From: an uncultured Planctomycetaceae bacterium
Lineage (GTDB): Bacteria; Planctomycetota; Planctomycetia; Isosphaerales; Isosphaeraceae
DNA: 64,000 nt
Assembly: GCA_963833985.1 (NCBI GenBank)
Contig: CAWIAD010000002.1
Span: forward strand, 5,312,001-5,376,000
Direction: 5' to 3'
Position 1 is the stretch's first letter, and each line of letters starts with the position of its first letter. A model generated the notes under the pieces. That model saw only the letters and a list, made by a program, of their open reading frames with translations, searched no databases and had not been told where the DNA came from. Shown piece after piece: positions 61,568 to 64,000 of the stretch. The position numbers and the translations under genes were made by a program.

Positions 61568-62860
61568 TCACGCCAGCAGGGCCTCCACCGCCTTGCCGGT
61601 CGGATCGGCAAGCTGGATGGAGCGGCCGTCGGCCTCGAACGATTCGGTCGGGTCCAGGCCCACGGCGCGGAGGTAGGTGTGGAACAGGTCGCCCCCGCTC
61701 ACCTGGTGGTCGACGACCTCGGTGCCGTTGGCGTTCGTCTCGCCCACGACGTTGCCGGGCTTGACCCCCGCGCCCGCCATGCAGACCGACCACGCGGTGC
61801 CCCAGTGGTCGCGGCCGTAGAGGTGGTTGATCTGCGGCGTGCGGCCGAACTCGGACATGACCACGACCAGCGTGTGCCGCAGCAGCCCCCGCGCGGCCAG
61901 GTCCTCGATGAGCGCGGCGAACGAGACGTCGAACTCGCCCACCTGTTCCAGGTGAAAATCAAAGTTTTCGTTATGGGTGTCGTAGTTGGAATGCGTGACC
62001 TGCACGAACGTGGCGCCCGCTTCCAGCAGCCGGCGGGCCAGCAGGCAATGGCGGCCGAAGTCGTGCGTACCGTAGCGGTCGAGCTCCTTCGCCGGTTCCC
62101 TGGAGACGTCGAAGACGTCGCGCCGGGACATCAGCTTCTGGGCCTGGTCAAAGGTGGTGGTGTAGGCTTCGGTCTCCGCCGTGCGCCGGCGGCGGGCGAA
62201 GCGGTCGCTGGCGTGCATCCGGATGGCTTGCCGGCCCGCCGCCCCCAGGGCCGAGAGTGCGGGGTCGGCCGCCGTGTTGGCCGGGGCATGGCCGTTGCCC
62301 AGGTACAGCGGGTTGTAGCGCGGGCCGAGATAGGCCGCCTCGCTTGAGCCGCGGCCGCCCCCGCCGGGCGTGATGTGGATGTAGCCGGGCAGCGGGTTGG
62401 CGTCATCGCCGAGGTAGCGCGCCATGACCGAGCCAATGTGCGGATACACGAGCGCCGGGGTGAGCGGCCGCCCCGTGTGCATCAGGTACGTGCCCTTGTT
62501 ATGGTCGTTCTCCTTTGTGTTGATGCTCCGCAACAGGGCCAGGTGGTGCATCTGCCTGGCGGTCCTGGGCAGCAACTCGGAGATCCGCACGCCCGGGACC
62601 GAGGTCTCGATGGACCGGAACGGCCCGCCGGTGTCGGTCCTGGGCTTCGGGTCCCAGGTCTCGAGCTGGCTGGCACCGCCGGCCAGCCACACCACGAGCA
62701 CCTGGCGCTCCTTGCCTTGGAGCTCGGCCGAGATCGCCGGTGTGGTGAACCCGGAGAACCCGAGGCCGAGGCCGGCTCCCAGGCCCGCGCCCACCGTCCC
62801 CAGGAATTGCCGGCGCGAGAGCAGGTGCTCCGCCGAGTTGCAGGCATAGGTGCACTTCAT
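61568..62860 (-). CDS. DUF1501 family protein
   Basis: Tat 'SRRQFL', 'GGASQLETWDPKP', 'SEFGRTP', 'GRDHW'. Confidence 0.9.
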   Translation of the reverse strand: MKCTYACNSAEHLLSRRQFLGTVGAGLGAGLGLGFSGFTTPAISAELQGKERQVLVVWLAGGASQLETWDPKPRTDTGGPFRSIETSVPGVRISELLPRTARQMHHLALLRSINTKENDHNKGTYLMHTGRPLTPALVYPHIGSVMARYLGDDANPLPGYIHITPGGGGRGSSEAAYLGPRYNPLYLGNGHAPANTAADPALSALGAAGRQAIRMHASDRFARRRRTAETEAYTTTFDQAQKLMSRRDVFDVSREPAKELDRYGTHDFGRHCLLARRLLEAGATFVQVTHSNYDTHNENFDFHLEQVGEFDVSFAALIEDLAARGLLRHTLVVVMSEFGRTPQINHLYGRDHWGTAWSVCMAGAGVKPGNVVGETNANGTEVVDHQVSGGDLFHTYLRAVGLDPTESFEADGRSIQLADPTGKAVEALLA

Positions 62861-62902
62861 GGGTGGTGTCCTGAAAGCTTGAGTGAGCGGGGCCTGGATC
62901 GA

Positions 62903-64000
62903 TCAGTGGTTGAACCGGAACTCGGACGAGGTCAGCAGTCCCCAGGCCAGCTCGGAGAGGGCGGCGGAACGCTCCTTGCCGGCGCGGCTGGCCAGGTAGC
63001 TGGCGACCTCGGCGCGCTCGTCGGCGGTGGGCCGGCGGAGAGGATGCCGAGGTAAAGCTCCTCGGCGACGGCGGTGGCGTCCGCCAGCGCCGCGGCGCGG
63101 CCGATCAGCCAGCCGGCGTGCGGGGCCAGCCACGCGCGGACGGGCTGGCCATTGCTCAGGAAGAGCGCCTGGTCCACTGTCGCGGTGCCTTCCACGGACT
63201 CCTGCGGCTGCCCCTGCACGCCGCCGAAGTGGCTCACGAAGGAACGCACGTTCGGCTCCAGCCGGACGAAGACCTTCTCTTCCAGGACCGCCTCGCGGAG
63301 CGCCTTGCGTTTCGCGTCGAGGCTGAGGATGGCCTTCATTCGCGGGTCCGCGCCGTCGAGCTGCCAGGCGGCTTCGGTGCGCGTGGCGTCCAGCAGTCCC
63401 ACGGCCTGCATGACGCTCCAGGCCAGGGGCTCCGGCGCCAGGGGCCGCAGCGTGGCCACGGCAAAGCGGCCCGGTTCGCTCAGCTCCGGGCGGCAATCCG
63501 GCGGCGGCTCGCTGCTGCGCGCGTAGGCCCGCGTCAGCACCAGCTCGCGGATGAAGGCCTTCAGGTCGTAGTGCATGGCCGCCAGCTCACCGGCCAGCAG
63601 GTCCATGAGCTCGGGGTTCGACGGCGGGTTGTCCTTGTGGTGCAGGTCCACCGGGTGCACGATGCCGCGGCCGAAGACCAGCGCCCAGAGCCGGTTGGCG
63701 ATGTTGCGGGCGAAGGCCGGCGTGCCCGGTCCGGTCAGGCTTGGACCAAGGAGCGCCCGGCGGCTGTAGGCCGGCACGGGTGGGACCTGGCCATTCGGGT
63801 CCGGCGGGATCAGGTACTCTTGCCCTTTCAGGATCGCGGGCTCGGCCAGGGGCGGTCCGCCCAGCACGCGCGGGCCGGTCTTCTTGATCACCTTCTTCTT
63901 GAAGACCGAGCTGAAGGTCACCTCGCCGTCGGCCTTCTCGCCCAGCACGGCCACCGACCCCGGCTTGATCGAGCCGTCGGCCTGCTTGCCATTGAGGATC
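62903..64000 (-). CDS. DUF1549/DUF1553 (PSD1-type) protein, 3' part (frameshift near 63030)
   Basis: 'FARNIANRLWALVFGRGIVHPVD..NPPSNPELMDLLA', 'QALFLSNG', end 'LLTSSEFRFNH'. Confidence 0.9.

Overview
GC-rich Planctomycetota DNA, Isosphaeraceae-like (PEP-CTERM proteins, DUF1501 and DUF1549/1553 genes, an 'LESRxLLS' export signal). Many single-base frameshifts, including one in rsmH, look like assembly errors. There are three highlights. (1) A ~34.5 kb, entirely minus-strand, siphovirus-like cluster (3.8-38.3 kb) encodes terminase, portal, scaffold, SU10/DUF5309-type capsid, neck/fibre proteins, tail tube, a tail chaperone with a canonical -1 slippery site, a very short tape-measure-position gene and tail-tip genes. 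It ends with a sigma-70 factor and a primase/SF3-helicase pair. No integrase, att site, repressor or endolysin is recognisable, and host-type intergenic repeats occur inside it, so it is a candidate domesticated, GTA-like element. (2) A three-level nested mobile element sits at 56.4-60.4 kb. A group II intron is inserted exactly at the stem-loop junction of a REP-like palindrome (GACACGAT-CGGA-ATCGTGTC) that recurs across the window. The intron RT is split at its PQG motif by a 2.0 kb large-serine-recombinase mini-element with perfect 23 bp terminal inverted repeats. (3) An ABC-ATPase plus TOPRIM pair resembles the PARIS defence system. The rest is ordinary chromosome. All family assignments come from motif recognition; no searches were run.
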